A stretch of 45,778 nt of DNA from a virus (taxonomy: Duplodnaviria > Caudoviricetes). The position numbers were made by a program, and so were the translations under genes. Below, in pieces: positions 36,136 to 44,213 of the stretch. Location: the IMG/VR virus record IMGVR_UViG_3300037422_000629, positions 1 to 45,778 of that record. One strand, 5' to 3'. Each line of letters opens with the position of its first letter. Within the stretch, counting starts at the first letter, position 1. Below the pieces are notes generated by a model. The model had not been told where the DNA came from and did not search any database. It saw only the letters and a list, made by a program, of their open reading frames with translations.

Positions 36136-36513
36136 ACCTTTTGATAAGTAAGATGGTCACAAGTGGACTAATACGAAGTCGGACAAGGCCATCCCCATCT
36201 GCGCCGGTGCGCTGCCGGCGGCGTGGCTGATGACGCCGACAATTTGACCAGCGCCGATTGGGTGTGGCTTGAGTTGAGCGACGACGAAGCGGCGGATTAT
36301 AAACGCGAGGGCTTTTTGCTGATTCAGGTGGAGGTTGTCAACCTCACGCCGTAAATTGTCAAAGTGGAGGTTTTCGTTCATGGGCTGTACACGCCCGATG
36401 ACGTCCCTAAGCCGCGCGCCTGGATGACGACACCGGAGCGGCAACAATGGCTTAGTTCAACCTGGGAGTCGCGCGAATGGCGCGGCATGGTGGGAGTCGG
36501 TTTTTGGGGGAAG

Positions 36514-36951
36514 ATGATGAGCCAAGCCTTAACGGTCAGTGAATTGCTTTGGCGGGCCGCCGGCGCGCCGGCCCTGCCGTCGGACGAGCGGGCCGGACTT
36601 TGCTGTCTGTGCGGCGCGGAGTCTGCCGGCGCGCCGTTTGCCCGATGGGTGAAGGATTCTTTCACGAATTGGGATTTGCTCCACAGCGGCACGATTGCCT
36701 GCCGCGCATGTCTGTTTTGCGCCGAGGAGCAGAGCCGCCTGTTGCAATCGCTAACGGGCCGGGAGAAACCGCAAAAGATGCGCACCTACTCGCATTTCAT
36801 CGTCGGGGGTAGGTGGCGAGCGCTCACAAAAGGCGAAAAGCCAGAGATGCGCCGCCTTCTCGCGCAGAACCCGGAGGTGGCGGTCATCAGCGTCACGGGG
36901 CAAAAGCACCTGTTGTTTCGCGCCCGCGCGGGCTGGTGGCAGTTCGAGGAG
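36514..36951 (+). pseudogene. csf1: Csf1 (type IV Cas8-like) N-terminal fragment
   Basis: CCLCG...F..W...SFT.WD.L.....C..C...R.YSH....W..L.K......L......I...GQKHL.FRA....QFEE; the frame then runs into low-complexity sequence. Confidence 0.65.
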
Positions 36952-37052
36952 ACGGCACAGGCACGCTCTCCGGCTTTCGCCCCTCCTACTGGCTGCCAGC
37001 CAACCAAACCCGCTGCCGCCTGCCGGAAGCCTACACCGACCCCGCCGCCTGA
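36951..37052 (+). pseudogene. csf3: Csf3 (type IV Cas5-like) C-terminal fragment
   Basis: A different frame reads GFRPSYWLPANQTRCRLP...*, matching the G.RP.YW...NQ..C tail typical of Csf3. Confidence 0.55.
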
Positions 37053-37071
37053 TTCCTCGCGGCGTAAAATT

Positions 37072-37135
37072 TTTCAGGAAATTTATAAATTTCCTGAAAC
37101 CATTTGGCATATTCTTACGTAGATATATATAGATT
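37072..37135 (+). promoter_or_regulatory. Perfect 28-bp palindrome and AT-rich promoter of the inserted cassette
   Basis: TTTCAGGAAATTTA|TAAATTTCCTGAAA at 37072-37099, then TTGGCA and a TATA-rich -10 region. Confidence 0.7.
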
Positions 37136-37181
37136 GGAGATAACCAGTCCAGTAGCATCAGTTACAGAAGGGAGAGAAAAT

Positions 37182-37624
37182 ATGGTAGAGCAAAATATAA
37201 CCTATGTTCATGGCGCACAGGGGCAGCTATATGCGGAGGTAGCGAGCGCAGAAATAGTTGCCCCTGCGTCACTTTTCGGGCGGACTTGGTATTTTGAGTA
37301 CGCCAAATTTGGCACGCAAACCTTGCATCTTTGGCAACTCGGAGGCGGTCTGCACAACCCGCAGGAGATTGAGGCTCTGGCCCTGGCCAAACCGTCACTG
37401 ACCGCCAAAATATCTACGGCGGCGGGGATTGGTTCGTCGTCGGGCCGGAGTGGATTTGGTACGTCCAGAATAACGGTTCGGACGGCGGGGACTGGGCCGC
37501 CAACAACGTCAGGACGGGGGGCGCGGGCGCCATGGGCTGGCGCGTGCCGCACACGCCGGACCTGGAGGCCCGGATTAACGGTTTTGAAGCCGTTTTGGAG
37601 TCGGAAAAAGATGAGCGCCCATAG
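37182..37624 (+). pseudogene. Hypothetical phage protein split by a 1-bp frameshift at ~37373-37400
   Basis: ATG 37182 with RBS GGAG. The protein-like continuation TVTDRQNIYGGGDWFVVGPEWIWYVQNNGSDGGDWAANNVRTGGAGAMGWRVP is in the -1 frame and stops at 37622-37624. Confidence 0.7.
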
Positions 37625-38582
37625 CCTGAGCTACCGCGAACTGCTCGACCTCGTGCCACAAGTAGAGCCGGAATTATGGCGGGTGGTTTACCCCCGCCGT
37701 TATAAAAAGGCCGACGCCTGGGGCCTGCCGCAACTGGCGTCGCTCGCCGCCGCCACCGGCGTCAAGCTCCTGCGCGATGCGCCGCAGGATGCTTCGGTAG
37801 TGGACAGAAACGTCTATCGCGTGGCGGCGGGGCTGGCCGCGCACCAGTTTCCGGCCTTTTTCCCCACGCGCGAGTTGTGCGAGGCGGCCCTGGCCAGCGC
37901 GCCGCCGGAAGGTCTGCGCTGGAACGCGATGCGTCTGCCCTACGAGGCAGCCACTTTCTGCCTGCCCGCCGGCTGGCTTCAACACTCGACTGCCGGCGCA
38001 GTGGATTTTATCTCCTATGCCCGCACACGCGCCGGCGACGAATTTGTCTTTCCCCTGCCCGGGTGCCCGCGCTTCGCCCTGTTAGACGACGCCTTTACCG
38101 TCGTCACGGCGCTGCGCCGGAGGCGGAATTTCCCTATCTTGGAGAGCACTCTCAGCGCGGCGCAGCGCCCCTACGCCAACACCGATGACCTCCTCATGGG
38201 CGAATACCGGCCCGAGGGTCTGTTCATACGAGCGCTCGACGATGCCGACGCGCGCTGCCTGAAGATGTGCGAGGCGTTAATTTTGCGCCTGCTGCTGGCG
38301 ATGCAGGCGCGGCCTGCGCTGGTGGAGCGGGGCCGCGCTGCCGGAAGGCACAAAAAGTTGGGCGTGGAATTGTGGACACCCACCGTCGTCGGGCGCAACT
38401 ACCGCGTGGCGCGCTCTGCCGGCAGTGCGGCGGCGGGCGTGAGCGCCCGCCCGCGTATGCACTGGCGGCGCGGCCACTTCCGTCAACAGGCCGTCGGGCC
38501 GCGCGGCGGCGGCGCGCACAAAACTATCTGGCTCGAACCTACGCTCGTTGCCGCCGGTGGCGACCAAGAAAGAACACTATGA
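37611..38582 (+). CDS. Hypothetical protein with C-terminal HWRRGH.R.Q..G...K..W..P motif
   Basis: RBS GGAG and ATG 37611; 323 aa; the motif is recognisable from uncharacterised phage/MGE proteins. Confidence 0.75.
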   Translation: MSAHSLSYRELLDLVPQVEPELWRVVYPRRYKKADAWGLPQLASLAAATGVKLLRDAPQDASVVDRNVYRVAAGLAAHQFPAFFPTRELCEAALASAPPEGLRWNAMRLPYEAATFCLPAGWLQHSTAGAVDFISYARTRAGDEFVFPLPGCPRFALLDDAFTVVTALRRRRNFPILESTLSAAQRPYANTDDLLMGEYRPEGLFIRALDDADARCLKMCEALILRLLLAMQARPALVERGRAAGRHKKLGVELWTPTVVGRNYRVARSAGSAAAGVSARPRMHWRRGHFRQQAVGPRGGGAHKTIWLEPTLVAAGGDQERTL

Positions 38583-39019
38583 ATCGCATTATTATCGAAA
38601 ATGACGGCCCTCGCATCCGGGCCGCCAACTACTGGCAAACGGAGTGGGCCCAATACGGGGCCTTCTACCTGAGCCTTAATGCCGGCGCTTTTCGCCTGCT
38701 CGTGCCGCGCGCGCAGGAGGCCTTGTTGGACGAGTTCCGCACGGGGCGCGAAGTGCTGATTTCGCGCGGGCCTTGGCCGGCGGCGCAGCGGGCGGACGCA
38801 CTCGAAATTCTGTTTGACGATAACACGGACGACCCGTTCGCGCTACATCTGGGCCTGGAGCAGATAGACCGCCTGCCGCGGGCGACGGACGCAGGCCGCG
38901 AAGTTATTTTCAGCGCCTGGACATTTCGCGGCGGCGAGCCGCGCCTGAGCTACCAGGCTCCGTGTTTTTATCGCCTCGTGCCGCGCTTGCCATGTCTTCA
39001 GCCGCGCGGGAAAGCCTAA
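38579..39019 (+). CDS. Conserved MGE hypothetical protein (146 aa)
   Basis: ATGA overlap; I.NDG..I...NYW..E.A..G.FYLS.NAGAFRLLVP. Confidence 0.75.
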   Translation: MNRIIIENDGPRIRAANYWQTEWAQYGAFYLSLNAGAFRLLVPRAQEALLDEFRTGREVLISRGPWPAAQRADALEILFDDNTDDPFALHLGLEQIDRLPRATDAGREVIFSAWTFRGGEPRLSYQAPCFYRLVPRLPCLQPRGKA

Positions 39020-39052
39020 CGGGGCGCACTCTGCGCTGAAAGCGGTGAACCT

Positions 39053-39283
39053 ATGCCAAAAAAAAAGGTCGTGCCGGTCTTGCACACGCCGGCTGAGATA
39101 GAAGAGTTGAAACGCGAACTGCCTACGGGCGCTTCGCCCTCGAACTATTACCGTAGCCTGCGCGGACTGCCGCCGCTCACGCCCGGCCCGCCGAAAGGCA
39201 GTCAACATACAAAAGGCAAACGCTGGAAACAGAAGCAAAACCGGCGTTGGCGGCTGGCGGCGGAAGAAGCGGAGGAGCAATGA
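39053..39283 (+). CDS. Small basic protein, possibly ribbon-helix-helix-like
   Basis: beta-helix-helix pattern (VVPVLHT..EIEELK...S.SNYYR); ATGA overlap with the next gene. Confidence 0.5.
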   Translation: MPKKKVVPVLHTPAEIEELKRELPTGASPSNYYRSLRGLPPLTPGPPKGSQHTKGKRWKQKQNRRWRLAAEEAEEQ

Positions 39284-40290
39284 AACGAGCGATAATTACC
39301 ACCAGCCGCGCGCAGAAACTGGCAGCCATCAATGCGTTGAATGCGTTGCACCGGAAGTGTCTGGTCATTTTGCCGCGCGCCGAGCAATCCGTGTTACAAG
39401 ACTTGGCCGTGCCGCACGAGCATCTTTTCCTCGAGCAGATGAACAAGGCCGTCCTGTTTCTCGATTTTCAAACTAAAGTCAACCCGGACGTAATGGTTGT
39501 GGTCTATAACGCTTTGCGTTACAGCACGCCCAACAACACAAAATACAACCGTATTTACCAACTGACAGCTACCGCGCAGAACGTCATGGTGTGCGACTCG
39601 TTTCCCTTCGTCTTTGACCGGCGCAATCTGTGGGTGCTGCAAAAAATACTGGGCGTGGCGCGCTATCACCACAAGCAATTCTATGACGACGGTTTTTTTA
39701 TCGAGCGCGAGGGCCGGCGGCTGGCGGCCAACAGCCTCGAAGCGGTTTACCCGGACTTGCGCCCTTACCTGGAGACCGATTTTGCGCCCCTGCGTTACGA
39801 ACTGCACGCATGGCAACACACAGCCGAGGAGCAATCCCTATATGAAAGCAAAAAACGGCGTGCCATTTACGAAAAAAACTACCCCAAAGTGCGGGTTGTG
39901 ACCTCCCTGCAAGGCTTCGCCAATCGTTTCGAGAGTAAGTTCGCCGCTTTGTGCCAGGCGCTGGCCGGGATGGGCGGCCGGCCCTTAATTTTCTACAACT
40001 GGGAGGAAGGCATCCGCCAGCATCGCCCGCGCGTGCCGCTCACAGCGGATTTAGTAAGCTACCATCAGGAGACCCCGAACTGCGCCAGCGCAGTCGTCTT
40101 CTACGAGACGATTATCAACCAGAAAATACATTTCTACGATAAGTTAGCGCAGTACGCCGCCGCCCCGTTGCACCTGTTTCTTAATCCGAAGTTGGGCGCC
40201 GACCGGCTGGCCGCCAATGCCACCATCCAAATACTGGAAGAGTTGAACGCCTTCGCCGCGTTCGACTGGAAGGGGATTGCCAACCCATGA
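39280..40290 (+). CDS. Degenerate SF2 helicase-like protein (no intact Walker motifs)
   Basis: RBS GGAGG, 336 aa, alternating beta/alpha pattern, VVVYNALR where a DExx motif would be expected; coupled to ibrA; family call tentative. Confidence 0.45.
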   Translation: MKRAIITTSRAQKLAAINALNALHRKCLVILPRAEQSVLQDLAVPHEHLFLEQMNKAVLFLDFQTKVNPDVMVVVYNALRYSTPNNTKYNRIYQLTATAQNVMVCDSFPFVFDRRNLWVLQKILGVARYHHKQFYDDGFFIEREGRRLAANSLEAVYPDLRPYLETDFAPLRYELHAWQHTAEEQSLYESKKRRAIYEKNYPKVRVVTSLQGFANRFESKFAALCQALAGMGGRPLIFYNWEEGIRQHRPRVPLTADLVSYHQETPNCASAVVFYETIINQKIHFYDKLAQYAAAPLHLFLNPKLGADRLAANATIQILEELNAFAAFDWKGIANP

Positions 40291-41441
40291 ACCAGACGGA
40301 CGCCCAACAACGTCGGCTACTGAAAGCCAAGGTTTACAATCCGCGCCTCAACGTCTATGAGGCCGCGCTTGAACGGCTGAACTTCGTGTTTGACCGGCAC
40401 GAGAAAATCATCGTCTCGCTGTCGGGGGGCAAAGACAGCGTAACGATGCTCTATCTGGCGTTGGAAATCGCTCGCCAGCGCAACCGGAAGATTTACGCTT
40501 TCTGGCTTGACCAGGAGTTCGAGTACAACTCCACATTTTTGCTTATCGAAGAGCTAATGAAATTGGAGTATGTCGTGCCTTTGTGGTTTCAGGTTCACGG
40601 CATTCTGCCGACGGCCATCTCGCACGAACAATACTGGCTGCAACCCTGGAATCCAGCGGAGCGTGGGCGCTGGCTGCGGGCCTACAAGCGCGTCAGCATC
40701 AAGGAAATCACCTGGCCGCACGACGTGCCGTATTCATTTCCCGCCGAGCACAAAATGGGCTTCTACGGCCTGATGAAATGCATGGAGCAAATGTTCCGTG
40801 CCGAAGATGCGGCGCATTTGATAGGATTGCGCGCTGAAGAGAGCCTCAACCGCTTCCGTGCCGTTACGCGACACCCTGGCGTGGAGGGCGTCCCATGGAG
40901 CACGCGCAACCGCTGGGGCGGCGTCAAATACTATCCCCTCTACGACTGGACGTTCCACGACCTGTGGGTGTATGCCGGGCGCAACCATCTGCGCTACAAC
41001 AAAATGTACGACTATTTCTGGAAAAAGGGTTATTCCTTGAAAGAAATGCGTATCAGTAGCCTGATGAACCGCAAGGCGTTCGGCTGTCTGGCGGACATAC
41101 AGGAGTTTGAGCCGCGACTGTACGACGCCCTGCTGGAACGCGCCCAAGGCGTCAAAACGGCCAGCCTCTACGCTGACGAAGGGCGGATGTACCAGGCGCG
41201 CAAATTACCCCGCGCCTTCGACACTTGGGCCGCCTATCGTGATTTTTTACTGGTGACGCTGCCCGACCGCAGACACGCGGAGATTTTCCGCGAACGCTTT
41301 GCCCAGCAACTCGACAACGAATACGTCGCGCGGCAACAGGTCGCTCAGATTCAAATCCACGACCTAACTAATTCGCGCAAAATTGACAACGCGCCGGACC
41401 CGGCAATAAAGAGGAAACAACAATGGATGGACGAATTGTAG
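40287..41441 (+). CDS. ibrA: IbrA-like PAPS reductase/CysH-family protein
   Basis: NVYEAA.ERL...F......VS.SGGKDS PP-loop, DQE.EY, IGLRAEESLNR, YP.YDW...D.W, YN..YD, MR.S. Confidence 0.9.
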   Translation: MNQTDAQQRRLLKAKVYNPRLNVYEAALERLNFVFDRHEKIIVSLSGGKDSVTMLYLALEIARQRNRKIYAFWLDQEFEYNSTFLLIEELMKLEYVVPLWFQVHGILPTAISHEQYWLQPWNPAERGRWLRAYKRVSIKEITWPHDVPYSFPAEHKMGFYGLMKCMEQMFRAEDAAHLIGLRAEESLNRFRAVTRHPGVEGVPWSTRNRWGGVKYYPLYDWTFHDLWVYAGRNHLRYNKMYDYFWKKGYSLKEMRISSLMNRKAFGCLADIQEFEPRLYDALLERAQGVKTASLYADEGRMYQARKLPRAFDTWAAYRDFLLVTLPDRRHAEIFRERFAQQLDNEYVARQQVAQIQIHDLTNSRKIDNAPDPAIKRKQQWMDEL

Positions 41442-42106
41442 AGGCTCTGGCCGTGCTGACCACGGCGATTGAGGCGGCGCCCGACGTGGACGCGCAGATT
41501 GATTTGCTCAACTTTATTCGCGGGCAGCTGCACGCAGTGTCCCCGTTGCGCCATCACCCGGTGGATTTGGTGGTGTGGGAGCGCGCGGCTAACCTCGAGG
41601 CAAACGACTACAATCCCAATCACGTTGACCGGCGCAACATGGAGTTGCTGCGCCACTCCATCCGCGAGGATGGCTACACTATGCCCATCGTCACCAGCGA
41701 GGAGCAAATCCCAGCGGAGGCCGGCGGCGCGCCGCGCGCGGCTATCAAGATTGTTGACGGTTATCACCGGCGGAAGGCCGAACGCAGCGATAACCTCATC
41801 AGCCGTTCAACTTACGGGCGCATCCCGCGCACCCAGATTCGCAACGAAAAACGCGACCTCAAATCCCGCATGGCAAGCACCGTCCGGCACAACCGGGCGC
41901 GCGGCGTGCACGGCGTGGAACCGATGAGTTATCTGGTCGTGGAGTTGGTGCAGTTAGGCTGGTCGGACGCCCAAATTGCCCTTCACCTGGGCATGGAGGC
42001 GGACGAAGTGCTGCGCCTCAAACAGGTGAGCGGCATCGCCGAAATCTTCCAACATCTGGAGTACACCGCGTCATGGACTTTCCAGGAACTCGACGCTTCC
42101 GGCTGA
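41423..42106 (+). CDS. ibrB: IbrB-like ParB/Srx-domain protein
   Basis: HPVD.V.W......ANDYNPN.V...ELL..SI..DGYT.PIV, IVDG.HR, R.ASTVRHNRARG.H, LGM..DEVLRLKQ..G. Confidence 0.9.
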   Translation: MDGRIVEALAVLTTAIEAAPDVDAQIDLLNFIRGQLHAVSPLRHHPVDLVVWERAANLEANDYNPNHVDRRNMELLRHSIREDGYTMPIVTSEEQIPAEAGGAPRAAIKIVDGYHRRKAERSDNLISRSTYGRIPRTQIRNEKRDLKSRMASTVRHNRARGVHGVEPMSYLVVELVQLGWSDAQIALHLGMEADEVLRLKQVSGIAEIFQHLEYTASWTFQELDASG

Positions 42107-42206
42107 ACTGCGCGGCGCGCCGGTGCGCTCGGTTATCAGCGCGGCCCGCGCCGGGCATTCCCCAAGACATGATTTAACGATTCATGCCCCGGCACGACGT
42201 ATGGTC

Positions 42207-42443
42207 TCATTCAGCTTCAAGCATTAGCGGCGACTCATCCTTTCTTAATAAATCATGCAACTCGGATAATCGCTCCGAGTTGCCGAAAAATTCCCGGTCC
42301 AGTTCTACTAAACGCGCTTGAACCATCTGCGCCTGCTGTTGCAAGGCGGCGTATTCCGCTTTTACGGCCTCGTTACGAGACTGAATATAGGCGATACGCT
42401 CCGCAAGCCGAGTCTGCAACGGTTTTTCAACTTCCTGCGTCAT
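42207..42443 (-). CDS. Small coiled-coil protein (possible fibre chaperone)
   Basis: Heptad pattern; last gene of the tail operon. Confidence 0.6.
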   Translation of the reverse strand: MTQEVEKPLQTRLAERIAYIQSRNEAVKAEYAALQQQAQMVQARLVELDREFFGNSERLSELHDLLRKDESPLMLEAE

Positions 42444-42745
42444 TGTGTCAATGCCATTGCCGTCACTTGAATCTGAGTCACTAAGTCGGGTTGTGCCGCT
42501 ACTAGAGCGTCAAACTCCGCATCACGAAACTCACGCACCTGAACGTTGCCCAGAGGCAAAGCTCCCGCCTCGAACGCCTCAACAGAGGCGTAAACTGCGC
42601 GGCTGACGCGAATCAATTTATCACTCGTCCGCACAGTAAATTCACCCAAAATAAACGCCGCTTCTGGGTACGTCGCTTGTGTCACTGGGTCGGTGTAAGC
42701 TTCAATTACATGCGCGTAATTGTTAATGTCTTTTATGTTTGCCAT
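42440..42745 (-). CDS. Hypothetical tail-associated protein
   Basis: RBS GGGAG; directly after the fibre gene. Confidence 0.6.
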   Translation of the reverse strand: MANIKDINNYAHVIEAYTDPVTQATYPEAAFILGEFTVRTSDKLIRVSRAVYASVEAFEAGALPLGNVQVREFRDAEFDALVAAQPDLVTQIQVTAMALTQ

Positions 42746-42758
42746 AACTCCCCTAATC

Positions 42759-44195
42759 TTACGGCTCAGTCGCTATAACTTGCGCCGCGCCCGTGTTGAA
42801 CCCAACCACTAAGCGGGTTTTGCCGCTACCGTTATCCTCCAGATACAACCGCCCGCCATTTGCGCCGGGCGCGGAAGGCGCGGTCATCTCTGTTAGTTCT
42901 AAGTAACCGGTGGTAAGAATTAAGCCTTTCCCGCTCGATGGTGAGATTTTCGCGCTTCCGGCGTTATCCGCCGTGTAATCCACGTCGTTGCCGCCGCCAG
43001 CCCCAATGCGGATTTTGCCGTCGTCGCGCTCGATATTCAACATTTGATAGTTGCCCTGCCAATAACGCGCGCCTTGGAAGGCAAAGCCTAGCGTGCCGCT
43101 ACTGACTAAGAACAGGCCCGTGTCTTCGCCGATTTGGACTGACGGAGTGGGCGCCGCGCCGCTGCCAAAATACCCGCGCCGCCATTTTTTCGCCGAACTT
43201 CCCAAGTCAATCGAATTGTCCGTGCCGGGCAGCAAACTGGTATTCACCGCGACGCTCGCCAGATTGCTCAAGGCGGTATCTGCGCCGCCGCCGCCGCCCG
43301 CCCCTAACGACACAGTACTCCCGTTGATACGCGCCCGCAGCAATTTATTCGTACTTTCGTACCACAAATCGCCGTCCTGCGGCGCGGACGGGTCGGCGGC
43401 ATGGCTGCCGACGTTCAAGCCCGGCGTCGTGCCATTGGGGTTGAAGGTCTGTCTTACGCCGTCCTCAAAGGCTATCGCGCCTTCCACGCTAGGCGAGACG
43501 AGATTCTTATCCGCCAAATCCTGAGCTCCAGTTTCGTACACGACGTTCGGCGGCAACCGCGCACTGGCTACCGTGCCGCTCGCCAGATTGGAGGCGTTCA
43601 AAGCCGTGAGGTTTACCCCGCTGGCCGCCGGTAGCGTGGCCGGAAACCGCCCGTCGGGCAACGTGCCGCTGGACAGGTCGGAGGCGGAGCGCGTCGCAAT
43701 ATCAGCCAAACTGCTCGTGGTCTTGTTAATCTGCGCCCACGTATAATCGTCCGTAGCCGCAACAACTGCGCCCGTCCGCCCGAACACGGAATCCACCGCC
43801 CCGCCGCCGCCGCCCGCTGGCGTAATATCGGTTACATCCGTGCCGTTGGTCGTCACCAACCAGCCGCGACTGCCGTTTGTCACCGTCACGCCCGTTCCGC
43901 CAGACGTAACTTTGACCGTCACCGCGTAGCCGCCCGACGTGGCGTTCTCGACCGTGAACACGCGCGGGCTGGCCTCGTCGCGCGTGAGAATAATCGTCCG
44001 CGCGGCGGTCAGCGTGCCGGTCAATTTGAGATAGGCCCAGGGCGCGGCTTCGGGTGCGAAGGTCTGGTTGGCGGTATTGTTGAGCGCCAACGTCGAAGCG
44101 CCGCCGGCCGCCGGGTAGAGGTTGCCGGTCAGCAGTTCGGTGAATTTGTCAGCCGGATAGATAACGCCCCGGTCAATTCTGGTTGCTCGCGCCAT
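42759..44195 (-). CDS. Tail fibre / receptor-binding protein
   Basis: L.LTGTLTA.R N-terminal domain, V.SVFGRTGAV.A...DY, L.ASNL.SGT...ARLP, P..DN..DLGS....WR..Y fibre motifs with Gly linkers. Confidence 0.82.
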   Translation of the reverse strand: MARATRIDRGVIYPADKFTELLTGNLYPAAGGASTLALNNTANQTFAPEAAPWAYLKLTGTLTAARTIILTRDEASPRVFTVENATSGGYAVTVKVTSGGTGVTVTNGSRGWLVTTNGTDVTDITPAGGGGGAVDSVFGRTGAVVAATDDYTWAQINKTTSSLADIATRSASDLSSGTLPDGRFPATLPAASGVNLTALNASNLASGTVASARLPPNVVYETGAQDLADKNLVSPSVEGAIAFEDGVRQTFNPNGTTPGLNVGSHAADPSAPQDGDLWYESTNKLLRARINGSTVSLGAGGGGGADTALSNLASVAVNTSLLPGTDNSIDLGSSAKKWRRGYFGSGAAPTPSVQIGEDTGLFLVSSGTLGFAFQGARYWQGNYQMLNIERDDGKIRIGAGGGNDVDYTADNAGSAKISPSSGKGLILTTGYLELTEMTAPSAPGANGGRLYLEDNGSGKTRLVVGFNTGAAQVIATEP

Positions 44196-44213
44196 AATCA
44201 GCCCCCCAAACCC

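Noticed and set aside
40287-41441. Auxiliary metabolic cysH for sulfate assimilation
   Set aside because: Motifs and pairing with IbrB match the IbrA subfamily, and the C-terminal ECGLH motif of true CysH is absent
36136-42206. CRISPR array or mini-array near the csf relic
   Set aside because: No regularly spaced direct repeats of about 25-40 bp were seen by eye here or elsewhere; a degenerate single repeat cannot be excluded without software
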